From Squalus acanthias (lineage: Eukaryota), in assembly GCA_030390025.1 (NCBI GenBank), contig CM059432.1:70620001-70684000 (forward strand): a stretch of DNA of 64,000 bases, in the 5' to 3' direction. The notes beneath the pieces are model-generated. The model saw only the letters and a program-made list of their open reading frames with translations, was not told where the DNA came from and did not search any database. Positions 1-14,092 of the stretch are shown in pieces (positions within the stretch are counted from its first letter, which is position 1; each line of letters begins with the position of its first letter). Made by a program: the position numbers and the translations under genes.

Positions 1-504
1 CAAACGCTGAGAGCACCTTCACAAAAAGGGGAAGAGGGATTACACGTCTGGTATCCTGGGAGTGCAATCTATTGATTCACATTCCCCTACCAATGCTTGT
101 GTCGGATCTGGCAGCGAACCGATGCTTTTTCTTGGCCTTAAACTGCTGCAGATTTTGAGTTCTGCAGCAGCTGGGAGTTTCCACAACCTTCACCACCTCC
201 CGGCAAGTTCCCTGTTGCAGATGATAATCTTGTCAAGAGCCAGCCAAACATATTTCACTAAGGCTGACCCCTGGAGATGCAATTAAGGGAATTCAAATCA
301 ATCGATCACTCTCCCTTTAACTGACATTTAGAGGCTAGATCCAGATATTTAAGAATTTTGCCTATTAACATCCAAATGATAAACACTGCTTTAAGCTCCT
401 GAAGTAAACAGTCAGTAACTCGTGCTCATTATTTGGCAAATCTTCAGGTCTGTTATGGGTCCTATATGAGCTTGCTTACTGCTCAGCCAAACGTGGCCGA
501 ATGG

Positions 505-886
505 TTGAATCCTGCTCACCCATCGCCCCTGTCCTCGCTGACCTATATTGACTCCAAAATGCTTCAAATTTAAAATTCTCATCCTTGTGTTTAAATCCCT
601 TCATGGCCTCACCCCTCCCTATCTCTCTATCCTGCTCTCTTATGCATCTCTCCATACTTTTGCCCCCACCATTGCCAGCTATGCCTTCAGCCACCTAGGC
701 CCCACAGTCTGGAATTCCATCCCTAAATCCCTCTGCCTCCTTAAAACCCACATCTTTGACCGACCATTCATTTACCCTTCTTAATATCTCCTCCTTTAGC
801 TAATTTTTTTCTGAATATACCTACATGAAGAGTGTTGGGATGATTTTCTATGTTAAAGGTACTATATAAATGCAAGTTGTTGTTGT
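505..886 (+). mobile_element. L2-type LINE 3' fragment
   Basis: Degenerate RT C-terminal peptide (FKILILVFKSLHGLTPPYLS) followed by an L2-like tail ending TATATAAATGCAAG(TTG)n. Confidence 0.7.
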
Positions 887-1913
887 AGATTAACTGAACC
901 ATGATTCTTCATAGCATTAACAATTTGGCACAGATTTCCATGAGACTCTGGATTCCGGTGCATATAGAAAATGAAAAATAAATTTCTATTCCTGATCCTT
1001 ATTGCATTATGGAAGAATTGATTATGTCAAGAGTAAGATCTCACTACCTCCTGCAACCACATGTTTAAATCAGGTCAGATGTCTGTTCTATGTATGACTG
1101 AACTGATCTGACCAACTCCAAGGGAGTTCTTGTTTGACTTGTAGGCATGTCTCCAACCCAATAATTCTCAGAACAGCCCAGGTACTGAAGAAGTTGGAGT
1201 TCCACATGCAATCTACTTTACTTATTGTAAGACATAGCAAGTGACTGGCTGAAAAAGTGGAGCAGCTGGCCAAAGGTGGAGGGCAAACAGAGGATTTAGA
1301 AACTATTTTTCTCTCAATACAGTTTGAGGAACAATCTTCTATTATTTGAACTATAAAGAGATCTGTTGTTCAGGAAAACAAACAGGATAGAGAAAGGAAA
1401 GTATTATATAAGGAATAGAATGGGGTTCGACAATACAGATGTCAGTAGAAATGCTCTGATGTATTTGTCGATATTTGATCATTTTATTCGAGCATGTAAA
1501 CCCTTTTAGTCAGTTGAACACCTGGTTTTCAGGAACTTGTCACTGTTCCAGGGTTACCGAAACAGATGGTTTTGTGGCTGAAATTTATGAATAATCATGT
1601 TGCTATGCCAACTTTAATCCTGTTTAGCATTTTTCTATTGACATATTTGTTTCTGTTGTAAAGAATGAGTTAAAGAATGAGTTAAAGTGCTAAACTTTCA
1701 CTTTTGGGGGCATGGTATGAATCCTGTCCAGATTGATAGTGTGAAGGTCTCCTGGTTGTAAGAGTTCTACATAAAACAAATTGGGCTGTCTGAACCCATT
1801 GCTGGTGTTATGTCTATAATTTGGCATTAATTGGCAATCTCACTCACCTATAGTGGTGGCTGACATGGAGCTTAAAAAAAAAAATGCAATTGTTTACCAA
1901 AGCATACTCACTA

Positions 1914-2080
1914 GTAATTTCCACAGGGTTCTCTGGATAATCTGTAATTTCAGCAGAAGATTGGTGAAAACCTTGGAGATAACCGTAAATGGCTGTTAAT
2001 GCTGTTTCTCCAGGATTTCCTTCAATCTTCCGCCATAATTTATGGTAGGAGATCGGGGAACCCCTGTGGAATTTCTACCC
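1914..2080. repeat. Small palindromic MITE-like repeat
   Basis: Ends are imperfect inverted repeats (TTCCACAGGGTTCTC ... GGGAACCCCTGTGGAA); similar decayed pieces near 2312-2420 and 18528-18672. Confidence 0.45.
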
Positions 2081-3188
2081 AACTGTGCTGAGGTTGGGAT
2101 TGGGGTGGAGGAAAGATTAGAAGGACTTTAACTCTACATTTGACCTATAATTTATCTCTGCGTGCTTAACACTGTCTTTGGATAACAGAAATGAAATGTT
2201 CCATTCCTCAGTAGTGACATGCCTCAACTTGAGCACAGAAATTCACCAAATAAGTATGATTTTAGCTACTAAGCATCATGCTCTGGATTGTTTAAGAAAA
2301 TGCAGCACTTGTCCCTGAAATTCCATGGGGGGGGGGGGGTTGGGGGGGAGACCAGCGGAAAACCCAAAAACCATTTACACGGTTTCTTTAGGGGTTTTGC
2401 TACGGGTTCAGGGCCTTCCTGTTTAATTTACTTGCTAGATTTTTCATTAACTTATAAATTGATGCTAACCTCCCAAAACCCGCAACCTCTACCACCCAGA
2501 AGAACAAGGGTAGCAGGTGCATGGGAACACCATCACCGCCAAGTTCTCCTCCAAGTCCCACACCATCCTGACTTGGACATAGATTGCCATTCCTTTATGG
2601 TCTCTGGGTCAAAATCCAGCAGTATTGCAGGAGCACCTTCACCACAGGGGCTGCAGCAGTTCAAGTAGAACTGCTTTCTCAAGGGAAACTAGTGACTGGC
2701 AATAAATATGGTCCTTGCCCATGATGCCTACCCAGAATGAATTTTTAAAAATGTAGTTTTTGCAATTCTTTAATATTTTTAGAAAGATTTGTGGCCATTT
2801 CTGCACTAAAAAAAGTTTCATATGTTCAGACGCACCAAATAGGAAAAAAAATAACACTGTGGTCATACTTTCCACTAGTACATCACAAAAGGGGAACTGA
2901 GAAAATGAACACTTGCTGATCTAAATATCACTGGAGCATAATGTGCATGTTTTGGAAACAGATGTGTTTTACCCATCTATTGCTACCTGATCAACATAAC
3001 AAAATGCAAGTATTGTTGAATGCTGCTGAAGCTAGTCGACGCTTGTAGCTGAGGAGTCTGGGTCATTGCACTGTCTTCCCCCTCCCTCACTGTACCCCCA
3101 TAAAAGGCCCATGTCAACAAGCTGCTTTACTTCACAGGGCCTGTGATTACTATTTTCAGCCTTGAACTTTAATTTAAATAAAATACTA

Positions 3189-5575
3189 GGGGCTAAAAAT
3201 TGGGTTGCGTAGTGCGGATTTGGTTCAAAAATGGCGTCCGAGTAGCGCACGCACACTTCTGGTGTGGGCTGCGCCGGACGTCATTTTGGTGTTGGCGTCG
3301 GCGCTGGGAGTGCGTGCAGATCGTAACGCTGATTTGACACCAGTGCTGCCATTTTTGACCTCAATGCTGGAACTAATGCCTTCTCTCAACCTCTCACAGC
3401 TGAACATACGTTCAGCAGCAGGAAGGATCCCCTACCAGTGCTATTTAAAGAGATCATCGCCTATTTACAGGTTGGTTGCTGATTGATTTCTACTAGCTGT
3501 TGCTGAGTTTGTAGAAGTGTTTGGTGCTTTCTAGACTTTTAAAGTTGCCTAAAGTCCACAAGGAGTGGTGTGGCAAGTGTTCAAGGACTTGGTACTGACT
3601 TGCAAGGGGTCTGCTCAGACCAGTTGCTCCCAGTCACGGGTGCAGTAGTTTGTAGCCCCCTTGGCCTGCAGCATGACCGGGAGAAGGGCTTTCAGCAGAA
3701 GGCCATATCCACCCAGGGTCTTCAGGGAGCAATTCTGCTACCTCAACCTCAGCGTGGAACAGTTCAGCGATGTCTCGGTTTTACTAAGGAGGTGATCACT
3801 GAAATCTGCCACTTGCTGCAGGCAGACCTGCCGCCTCAGTCCAGGGCAAGGACGGCATTGCCAGTGGTTGTAAAGGTGACCGTGGCCTTCAACTTCTTCA
3901 AGTCGGGCTCCTTCCAGGCTGGAGCAGGCAACATCTGTAACATCTCCCAGTTTGCCGTCCACTCCTGTATAAGGGAGGTGAGTGAGGCTCTGTATGCAAG
4001 AACAGCTGAATACATTTCATTCTCTCTTGCTAGAGAGAAGCAGGCGGAGCAAGCACGCGGCTTCACCAGGATAGCAGGCTTCCCCATGGTGCAGGGTGCC
4101 ATTGACTGCACACACATCGCTTTGCGGGCGCTGTATCTCAATTCAGAAATGTACCACAACCGAAGGGATTCCACTCCCTCAATGTCCAGCTGGTGTGCAA
4201 AGGCTGCTGACTTTCAATGGGGGAGACTGCAGATGGCTTTGCAGGACGACCTCGAGCAGCTCTGGGCCGAGTCATCCCGGCTTGGGACTGCACCACCTCC
4301 GCATGGGCGGCAGCAATATGGGCTGGTTGGCTGACGGGCAACAGCCAGGGCACTGGCGGAGTGGCAGTGGTGGGAGGAAGAATGGTGTCATCCTGAGAGA
4401 GGACAGCAGGTTCATGCTCTACGGAGCCACTGCCACTCCCTAGGGGCAGCGCCTCAGCAATCCGAGTAATCTGCTGGAGTACGGACTGCTGTGACACCCT
4501 GCAAGCCCCTTTCAACACTGGTAAACTCAGCCATGATGGCAGCAATCTCTGCTTGCCTGACTTCAGTCTGACCTGACTTCAGTCCGACCTTCCATTGCAG
4601 CACTCAGATGTTGGATGGCTCCTACTTGTGTTGCAATGGAAGCTGAGACATCGGCCACCAGATGCTGCATCATGGTTGGGTCCACAAGTGCGCTAATGGA
4701 CCGGCCCACCCCTTCCATGCTGGAGAGGATGGGCTCCAAGCTCTGAGCAAAGCCCTGTGCAAGGCTGGAGCTAGATTCCTCCATGCTCTTTGACATTACA
4801 TTCAGGCTTTCTGGCAGGCCTGCCAATGCACCAAGCATTTTGTTGTGCGTACCCATCAGTTTTATTCTGTCGGCTGCCCCATCGAAGTCCTCATCTGAGT
4901 CTTGTGCAGCAGAACTCGTGTGCGACCTCGCCCTCCAGGGAGCTGGCACCTGCGCTACCCTTTCGCCCTGCGCTGGCTGCAGCCCACTCATGCCCGGTGA
5001 CTCACCACGTGCAGATCCTGCCCCTCAGCTACTCTCTCAAGTCCGCGCAGTGCCAGTATCCGAGTTGGTGGCTGCGACTATCAGATCAAGTGACGGTGTT
5101 TCTTCTTCATCAGCACTCTGCTCTTCCTCTTCCTCTTGCACCACTGCCTGGCCAGGTTGGATTTCTTGAGTCTCTGAAATGAGAAAAGCACAAGGGTAGG
5201 GTTGTGGTTTGGGGAAGCAAGAGGTGCATGCTTACACCATCAGCAGCTTGCAAGTCAGAAGAGATTGTGGGATGAGGCAGATGTAAGATGTGATGAGCAG
5301 GATTAGGTATGAGCATACCGTCATGTTCTATGGTTTCAGTGCCGCCGCCACTGGCCACGGCCTCCGTCACAGCCACTCCAATTATGCCGAGAACCGTTTC
5401 CTCGAGCGGGGTCAGGATATGGAGACGAACCTGTTCCCCTCCGGTTAGCTGCCATTGCCTACAGTTGTGCGCCACCTTGTCCTGCAAGGGAGAGGGAAGT
5501 GCGTCAGTGAGTGTGGTTCAATGTGTATAGCTGATGTAGCTGGCAGTGTGTGCAAGCTGAGATGTGGGTGTGAAA
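3189..5575 (+). mobile_element. PIF/Harbinger transposon 1, internally deleted and right-truncated
   Basis: Left end GGGGCTAAAAATTGGGTTGC; transposase peptide (KVTVAFNFFKSGSFQ...GFPMVQGAIDCTH) on +; Myb/SANT partner remnants (QDKVAHN..LTGG) on -; no right TIR seen. Confidence 0.8.
3637..4198 (+). pseudogene. Harbinger transposase, N-terminal half only
   Basis: HTH region and first catalytic Asp (IDCTH) present; homology to the other two copies stops abruptly near 4198. Confidence 0.8.
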
Positions 5576-8056
5576 GGTCTATATGCACATTGTTTTCAAT
5601 GTTATTTTTGAATTTTGCATCTTTTTAAAAGCATATTCCATCATCTTTGTGTACACAACATATTAAGGATGCTGTGTCAGGTAGACGGTGGAGGAAAGTT
5701 GATGATGCACAACTACAGCTGCCTGCATTGGGTTGGTTTCAGCAATGTGGGCTTATTGCATAACTAGATAACATTCTGACTTTGACAAGAAAACCAGGTG
5801 TCCCCGCAATTCCGCAGGGTTGATACCTTGGTGTAGGTGCCAGGATGTGCCTGTCAGGAACCTCCACCACTGACTTTGGTAGACTCTCTAGGGCCGGTGT
5901 GCTTCCCTGATAGATACCAATGGGGGATGCCAGCACCACTAATGACATATCTTGGCTGCCGTCATTCAGAGGAGGCTGGTAATTCCGGCAGAGGATGTCT
6001 GCTCTGGGTTGGATGGTAGTTGCTGGGATCATATTAGATTCTGGCTTCTTTGAGGCGACTTTCTTGTTGGACTTACAGTGGGACAGCACTGGATGGGCCA
6101 CAGATGTTTGGCCCCAGTGTGTTAAGTTGTTTTAGAGTTGGTATATTCTTGGGAGGGCAGCTCCTTTTTAACTGAGGTAGATGTGATGGTATTTTAAATT
6201 GCCTTCATTTGAAAGTATTTCAGTGACCATTTTTTACAAGCTGACCTGAATAGTATCATGATATAATGACAAAAATTGCACCATTTCTGATGCTTCTCAA
6301 AATTAAAAGTTTATGGAGCTCCTGTAATAATTCTATAATTCTGTAGGTAAATACACTGTCTGATGTGGTACTGAGTCACACACACTAAAAAGATCCCAAG
6401 TTTGATTCCTGATCTCTGCTGTTGGCTGCCCTTAGCTGGGGCAGCAGTGGGGTAGTACGGTTATGAATGGGAAAGTCGGCCCAGATTCTTCAAGCCGCTA
6501 TTCAATACCTCAAGTAGAAGCTGTGGCCATCAGGTGTGGATCAATTATGATGATTCCCTGCTCCCCCACCTTTTCCCTGAATTGAATAGTTGGATCATGC
6601 TATCTATGTTGTCATATGAAGAATTTCCAGTTGAATGTGCTAAGGGCTGTCCGTACCTGTGGAATTGTACCCCAGCTTGAGTAAGTACCTTCAGGAGTGG
6701 AATGGAGAAAGTTGGCAACGTACAAAGCTTGGCAAACAATTTCATGAAAATGATTCCCTCAAAGGAGAAAGAAAGGAAGTTGTAACAGAACTTTTTATTC
6801 AGTCACAGTACAGATTAAGGCAAATGTTGCAATGATTTGGCGTTTACTATTCATGTCCATTTTGTATTCAAATGGATAACTGCCCTCATCTCACTAAAAG
6901 GCTGCATGTTTCATTTGGTTTACCACAACATGACTATGCTCTAATGTGTGCCTCTTAGTAAGATTTCTGGGAAAACAGTGGGTGAAACTGTTGTCATCTT
7001 TTTGCTCAGAATGAGGATATTGCAGTAGGTTGCCACAGTCAAAATGAAACTGGTTCAAAGGGCCTGTTTGCCAAAGTTCCTTTTATTAAAAAAAAAACCC
7101 AACTAATCTATTGTGCCTGTGCTATTATAATATATTAGTGACTTTTTGATACTGGTTTTAAAATGGGATATAAAATTCTGTGCTGCATCAATCAATACTG
7201 CTTCACAATGGTACAATTGAGATCATTTAGCCAACATTCTTTATCACCATGCCACTTGTTTAAGATTTTGTGTGTTATATTTTTGTTTTCTTGCCTGTCC
7301 ATCCTTTGCTGCTAACAGCCCTTCACCAGTGCTGCTTGGTAAGTGTGGCTCACAATGACGCTCCCACAGAGTGTCTCACCATGATAACATAGCTGAAGTA
7401 GGTAACCTGCTGCATGGAGTATCATGGGTATAATGCCCCTTCCCCAATCTATAATGCAGCTTCTTGTTTCCATACACTTACCTACTCCCCAAGCCTTTCA
7501 TAGCTTTGAGATATATGGGCTCATTCTTCATTTCAGTTAAGTTTCCTATTTTCAATTACTCGCACACATCCACAAATACTTGAATTCTGTCACTGGATTG
7601 TACAAAAGAATTATTCTTGTGTCAGAGGTTTCCATTTTGAATTTAACTGGTTTGGCATAATTTTTTTGTATGTTGAGATATAATGAACAAGAAAGGATGC
7701 TGGTTACCTACTCTGGGCACAATCTTCCTCATTCTTTGTATGTAGAGTTTAGGTTACATTTAAAGTTCCTTCAATTCTCTTTCTGACCTAATGCAACTGG
7801 GAAGTTCCTGTTTTGTGTTTCCTCAGCTTACTCATTGTGTATTTAAAGTAGGGGTGGGAATCAGCACAGTGCATTTAAAAAGACGCAATTGCAGAAATGT
7901 TTCCAATCCAAAACCTAAATTTGAGTGATGAGCTATTCATTTATATGTGTAAATTGAAAGAATGAGGAAGGCCACAGTTACAGTAGGTATCTTACATTAC
8001 ATAAAGTGCCCTTTGTGATTGAAGCTTTGCCAAAAAGAACCAAGAAACTATGGGAA

Positions 8057-8530
8057 CAAAAGCAAAATACTGCTGATGCCGGAAATCTTAAATAAAAACA
8101 GAAAATGCTGGAAATACTCAGCAGGTCAGGCAGCATCTGTGGAGAGAGAAACCAAGTTAACGTTTCAGGTTGATGACCCTTCGTCAGAACTGGAAAAAGC
8201 TGGAGATGGAACAGGTTTTTAAGCAAGGGCAGGGAAAGGGGGGAGGGGAGGAGAGGAAAGAACAAAAGGGAAGGTCTGTAATAGGATGGAAGGCAGGAGA
8301 GATTAAGAGAACAAGGTAAAAGAGACAAACGGAAATCTTGTCAAAGAGAAGAGCAGAACTTCTTTAAGGTGGGCATTCTTAGAAGAGAAGTGGCAGTGAA
8401 TTAAACACTAATACAAAAGCAAAATACTGCGGATGCTAGAAATCTGAAATTAAAACAGAAAATGCTGGAAATACTCAGCAGGTCAGGCAGCATCTGTGGA
8501 GAGAGAAACAAAGTTAACATTTCAGGTCGA
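8057..8530 (-). mobile_element. Penelope-like element terminal fragment with tandem pseudo-LTR
   Basis: ~115-bp direct repeat (8057-8172 vs 8414-8530, CAAAAGCAAAATACTGC...TTTCAGGT) with a hammerhead motif in the first unit. Confidence 0.7.
8155..8191 (-). ncRNA. Minimal type I hammerhead ribozyme motif
   Basis: Minus strand reads AGTT-CTGACGA-A-GGGT-CATCA-ACCT-GAAA-CG-TT-AACT: stem I, CUGANGA core, stem II, GAAA, palindromic mini stem III, UH site. Confidence 0.75.
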
Positions 8531-8844
8531 AACTATGGGGTTACTGAGGTCAATAAATGCAGCCTGTTTTTTGTTGTAAATGAAGCCATCTAATATGATA
8601 GGTTTGTAACTATTTCTAACTTGTGTGTTTATTTTTCTACATTTTCTTCCACTCAATGTATCTGGCCACGAAATTGAGCAAGTCATATATTCATGGGTGT
8701 CCACTAATGATTCTAGTGCCAGCATGAGAGAGCCAGGATGATGTACTGCCCTTTTTTTAACACTGTCTTGTGAGATTCACTTCCTCTCTTCCCCCCTCTA
8801 TCCTTCACCTCAATCCATAGCATGCTGAAATGTGTCAGAAAGAA

Positions 8845-9060
8845 AGAAAATAAATTGCATTTATATAGAACGTTTCATGTCCTCGGGACATCCTGAAGTC
8901 CTTTAGAGCCAATTAAATATTTTTTAACTGTTGTAATGTATTCAAGCGCGGCAGCCAATTTACACACAGCAAGGTTCCACAAACAGCAATGAGATAAATG
9001 ACTAGTTACTCTGTTTGTGATGTTGGTTGAGGGACAAAGGTTGGCCAGGACATGGAAAAT
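8845..9060 (-). mobile_element. DeuSINE 3' fragment
   Basis: Homologous to the 3' half of the SINE at 44112-44510 (TTGCATTTATATAG...GCGGCAGCCAATTT..CACAGCAA). Confidence 0.6.
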
Positions 9061-9259
9061 GTCAATAATAGAGGTAACTAATCTTGTCTAAGACAGTGGT
9101 GGGAGCACTACAATTGCTCTCCGTATCCCAAAACCTGTGTTTGGGGGTGGGGACAGTTACAATAAGCAAGCAGCCATATTCCTGACCACTCTCCATGAAA
9201 CTGCTAGAAAGTGTGCACGTGGAGACATTGGATGAGAACATGATTTTACTTGGTTGCAA

Positions 9260-10675
9260 GAACATAAGAAATAAGAGCAGGAGTAGGCCTTATGGTCCCT
9301 CGAGCCTGCTCCGCCATTCAATCAGATCATGGCCGAACTTTTACATCAACACAACTTTCCTGCCCTATCCCCATATCCCTTAATTCCCTTATTGCCCAAA
9401 TATCAATTGATCTCAGTCTTGAATATACTCATTGACTGAGCATCCACAGCCCTCTGGGGTAGAGAATTCCAAAGATTCACCACCCTGAGTGAAGAAATTC
9501 CTCCTCATCTCAGTCCTAGATGGCCAACCCTTATCCTGAGACTATGACCTCTAGTTCTAGACTCTCCAGCCAGGGGAAACAGCCCCTCAGCATCTACCCT
9601 GTCAAGTCCTCTAAGAATTTTATATGTTTCAATGAGATCACCTCTCATCTAAACTCCAGAGAATATAAGCCCATTCTGCTCAATCTCTCCTCATAGGACA
9701 GCCCTCTCATCCCAGGAATCAATCTAGTGAACCTTCGAAGCACCCCCTCTAAGGTCTCACCAAAGCCCTATATAATTGCAGCAAGACTTCCTTACTCTTA
9801 TATTCCAACCCCCTTGCAATAAAGGTTAACATACTATTTGTCTTTCTAATTGCTTGTTCTACCTGCATGTTAGCTTTTTGTGATTTGTGTACAAGAACCC
9901 CCAAATCCCTCTGAATACCAACATTTACTAGTCTCTCACCTTCTAAAAAATATTCTGCTTTTCCATTCTTCCTAACAAAGTGAATAATTTCACATTTTCT
10001 CACATTATACTCCATCTGCCAATCACTTAACCTGTCTATATCCTTTTGCAACCTCTTTATGTCCTCCTCACAGTTTACTTTCCCACCTAGCTTTGTGTCA
10101 TCAGCAAACTTGGATATATTACACTCTGTCCCCTTATCTAAGTCATTGATACAGATTGTAAAAAGCTGAGGTCCAAGCACTGATCCTTGTGGCACTCCAC
10201 TAGTTACACCCGGCCATCCCGAAAAATGACCTGTTTATTCCTACTCTTTGTTGTCTGTCCATTAACCAATCCTCTATCCATGCTAATATATTACCCCATG
10301 AGCCCTAATCTTGTGTAACAAACTCTTGTCTGGCACCTTATCAAATGTCTTCTGAAAATCCAAATATACGACATCCACTGATTCCCCCTTTTCTACTCTG
10401 CTAGTTTCACCCTCCAAAAAACGCTAATAGATTTGTCAAACACCATTTCTCATTCATAAAACAGTGTTGACTCTGCCCAATCATATTGTGATTTTTCCAA
10501 GCCCTGTTACCACGTCCTTAATAATAGATTCTAGTATTTTCCCTACTACTGATGTCAGGCTAACTGCCCTGTAGTTCCATGTTTTCTCTCTTCCCTCCTT
10601 TCTTGAGTAGCAGGGTTACATTTGCTACCTTCCAATCCATGGGTACCATTCCAGAATCTAGGGAGTTCTGCAAGA
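9260..10675 (-). mobile_element. CR1 LINE, 5'-truncated
   Basis: RT peptide PQGSVLGPQLFTICINDLD...[10 protein letters not shown] (9749-10195) and CR1 3' tail (TTCTTATG repeat) at 9260. Confidence 0.9.
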
Positions 10676-11387
10676 TGTGAACACCACCATGGTTCAATAG
10701 CTTGTTATTGATCATTCCTAGGCTGACGATTTGGGTAAATTATTATGGAGCTGTTAGTGCCAGTGGAATTGTATTCCAGCATGAGTTGCAGCCTTCAGAA
10801 TGGGAGGGTAAGAAAATCTGGGCAGGGAGGGAAGCAACCTTGAATCCTACCACTCGTTGGAGCATTCTATCAGAACTCTAATATTTGAATTACCACACCA
10901 TGCAAGTTCTGCTGATTCCTGGCACTTTCAATTGCTGTTGGGATAATCACTTTTTTGCAAAAGTATATGTGCTAGAGAAATGCATATAGTGAATGCTCAA
11001 CATATTTGAAGGGCTTGAATGGCCTCAAAAGTTGTTTACCATAAAGAATGCAAAACAATTTATAGGTGAAATAGTTTGATTGGAGAGGAATGGATGGAAG
11101 AGAAGGTTCTTTATTCCTGTGATGAACCGATGTAACTCATTTGTGTCAGGCTGTGGTGCCATGAGTTATTTGTGTTTCACATTTGTAAAACAGCAGATTC
11201 AGTGCTGTGGCTTTGGTATTTATTTGCACATTGCATACCAGGGGTGTGTGTGGTTTTTTTTTAAATCATACCATATGGCCTGTAGACCATTGGGCAATAC
11301 TGATATTCTAGAACATACTTGTTTTCAGTCTTGAACACTGGAGCGAACAGTAGAATTCTTTTTAGTATTTGTCTGAAGGAGCTTTCA

Positions 11388-12112
11388 TAGAAACGATAAT
11401 CCGGGAAAAAATTAACAGTCACTTGGACAAGTGTGGATTAATTAAGGAAAGCCAGCACAGATTTATTAAAGGCAAATCGTGTTTAACTAACTTGATCGAG
11501 TTTTTTGATGAGGTAACAGAGAGGGTTGATGAGGGCAATGCGGTTGACGTGGTGTACATGGATTTCCAAAAGGCATTTGATAAAGTGCCACATAATAGGC
11601 TTATGTTGAAGCCCGTGGAATAAAAGGGACAGTGGCAGCACGGATACGGAATTGGCTAAGTGACAGGAAAGAGAGAGTAGTGGTGAACGGTTGTTCATTG
11701 GACTGGAGGAAGGTATACAGTGGTGTTCCCCAGGGTTCGGTACTAAGACCACTGCTTGTCTTGATATATATTAATGACTTGGACTTGGGTGTACAGGGCA
11801 CAATTTCAAAATTTGCAGATGACACAAAACTTGGAAGTATATAGTGAACAGTGAGGAGGATGGTGATAGACTTCAAGAGAACATAGACAGGCTGGTGGAA
11901 TGGGTGGACACGTAGCAGATGAAATTTAATGCAGAAAAGTGTGAAGTGATGCATTTTGGTAGGAAGAACGAGGAGTGGTAATATAAACTAAAGGGGGTGC
12001 ATGAACAGAGAAACCTGGGGGTATATGTGCACAAATCGTTGAAGGTGGCAGGGCAGGTTGAGAAAGCGGTTAAAAAAGCATGTGGGATTGTGGGCTCATA
12101 AGTAGAGACATA
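11388..12112 (+). mobile_element. CR1 LINE, 5' part (split by Harbinger 2)
   Basis: RT peptides [46 protein letters not shown]; continues collinearly at 16246. Confidence 0.9.
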
Positions 12113-12619
12113 GGGCTCGATTTTGCCAGGCCCGAGGAGGCGGGTTTGGAAGCGTGTGAGGTGTTAAAATCGCAAAATATGGCGGGCGGATCCGATCCCG
12201 CCTCCGAGCAATTTTCCCAAAATCGGGGTTTCAGACCCCATTTCCATCCTGCCTCCAAGAGGTGGGATAGGCCCTTAACCAGTTAAGTTCCTCTATAATC
12301 CCATTTTGAGAGGCCTTTGTGAATTTAACACATTTCCCCTGTGCTACACGTCTCCTCTGGAACACGCCAGTTAATCCTGATGGCCTCACAAGTGGATGGC
12401 TTACTAACAGCTGCAGCTCCACCATTAAAAAGGAGTTTTCAGCAATGATCATTTGCAGGTGGCAGAACTTTGTTGTCTCAGGTCTGGGAAAACTTTTAGC
12501 AGGCCTACTCATTGTTGTGGAAGTTTAGAGTCGAGACCCATCTCCAGTGTGACCTCCTAGGGAAACGCCTCTCCCCACCTTGACTGAGCACTTCCTCAAC
12601 TGAGGTATATACCAGAAGC

Positions 12620-13825
12620 ATGGGACCCATTTATTTCCTTTCCTCCTGGACATCAGATTCAGACGAAGACCAGCTGCGGCAGCAGCAGCACCCAGAGCAA
12701 CAGCAGGAGCACCAAGCTGCTGCTCACCCACCTGAAGCTGCACAGGCCAGAAGGCGCCAGCGCATGGAAGCACGTTGCTGCAGGAGATACCCCCAAAACA
12801 GGACCTACAGACAGAGGATGAGCTACCTCAACATGACTGAGCAGTAGTGCCAAAGGAGTCTCAGACTTTCACGAGAGGTAGTGGGTGACATCTGCGCAAT
12901 GCTGCAGCAAGACCTGGAGCCCAGAGGAGCGGGTGGACACCCCTTACCAATGGCCGTCAAAGCCACAACCGCACTCAACTTTTTTGCTTCAGGCTCATTC
13001 CAGGGATCAACAGCAGACATCAGCGGCGTCTCCCAGGCGGCCGTGCACACTTGCATCACGCAGGTAACCGATGCCCTCTTTGCCATCGCGCACAATTACA
13101 TCAACTTCTCCAAGGATCAAGCAAGTGTAACCGCGCGTGCGGTTGGATTTGTTAATCTGGCAGGCTTTCCAAGGGTGCAGGGCGTCGTTGACTGCACACA
13201 TGTGGCCTTTAAGGCACCCCATCACAATCCAGGTATTTTTGTCAACTGCAAGGGCTTCCATTCCCTCAACGTGCAGCTGGTGTAGAAGGAAATTTTGCAT
13301 GTTTGCGCCAAGTACCTTGGCAGTTGCCATGACTCCTTCATCCTGTGGCAGTCTCGTGTGCCTCCACTCTTCAGTCCGCCAGACCAACTTTTTGGATGGC
13401 TAGTTGGAGACAAGGGCTATCCCCTGAAGACGTGGCTAATGACGCCGTTGAGGAGCCCATCCAACGAAGCTGAGGAGTGCTACAACTTCAGCCACATTTC
13501 CACCAGATCCATAATCGAGCAAACCATCGGCTTGCTGAAGATGCGATTCAGATGCCTTGATAGATCGGGTGGAGCTCTGCAGTGCTCAGCAGTCAGGATC
13601 TCCAGAATCGTCTTGTTCTGCTGTGCACTTCACAACATGGCACAGCATCGTGGCTTGCAGCTGCCTGAGGTACAATTGGTTCATCGCATAGCCTCCTCAG
13701 ATGAGGAGGAGGAGGAGAGCAACAACGAACAGCTTGCGGAGGCGCATCAACCAGCGCCAGCAGCACGTGAGCACATTGCTGCCCGGGATGCAAGGGACGC
13801 ACTCATCTTGGCCAGATTTGCTTAG
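12620..13825 (+). pseudogene. Harbinger DDE transposase (HARBI1-like family), disrupted
   Basis: Motifs [36 protein letters not shown]; split by in-frame stops and a small deletion into three ORFs. Confidence 0.9.
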
Positions 13826-14092
13826 CATGCCCAATCAAACACTTTTGCCTCGCACCTTCTTACCAGAGCATCGACAATGGCCAAGAACCTGCGGATTCCT
13901 ATCACTCTGACCACCACACTGACAATTGCAAGTCGACCTAAGCCCTCCATGTGGAAGTCCCATTTGCGAAATGACACAGGCCACAACTTCAACAGTTTGC
14001 CATCAAGTTTTTTTATCTCCAAGTCACGGATGGCTTTTCAAAAATAAACACAACAGAACACCCAAGTGACTACCCTTGTGACTACTTGTGCT

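Noticed and set aside
1659..1686. 12-bp tandem duplication AAAGAATGAGTT
   Set aside because: Ordinary slippage duplication with no further structure.
12620..13825. Domesticated host gene HARBI1
   Set aside because: Stops and deletions, TIRs, TSD, paired Myb gene and three related copies show these are transposons.
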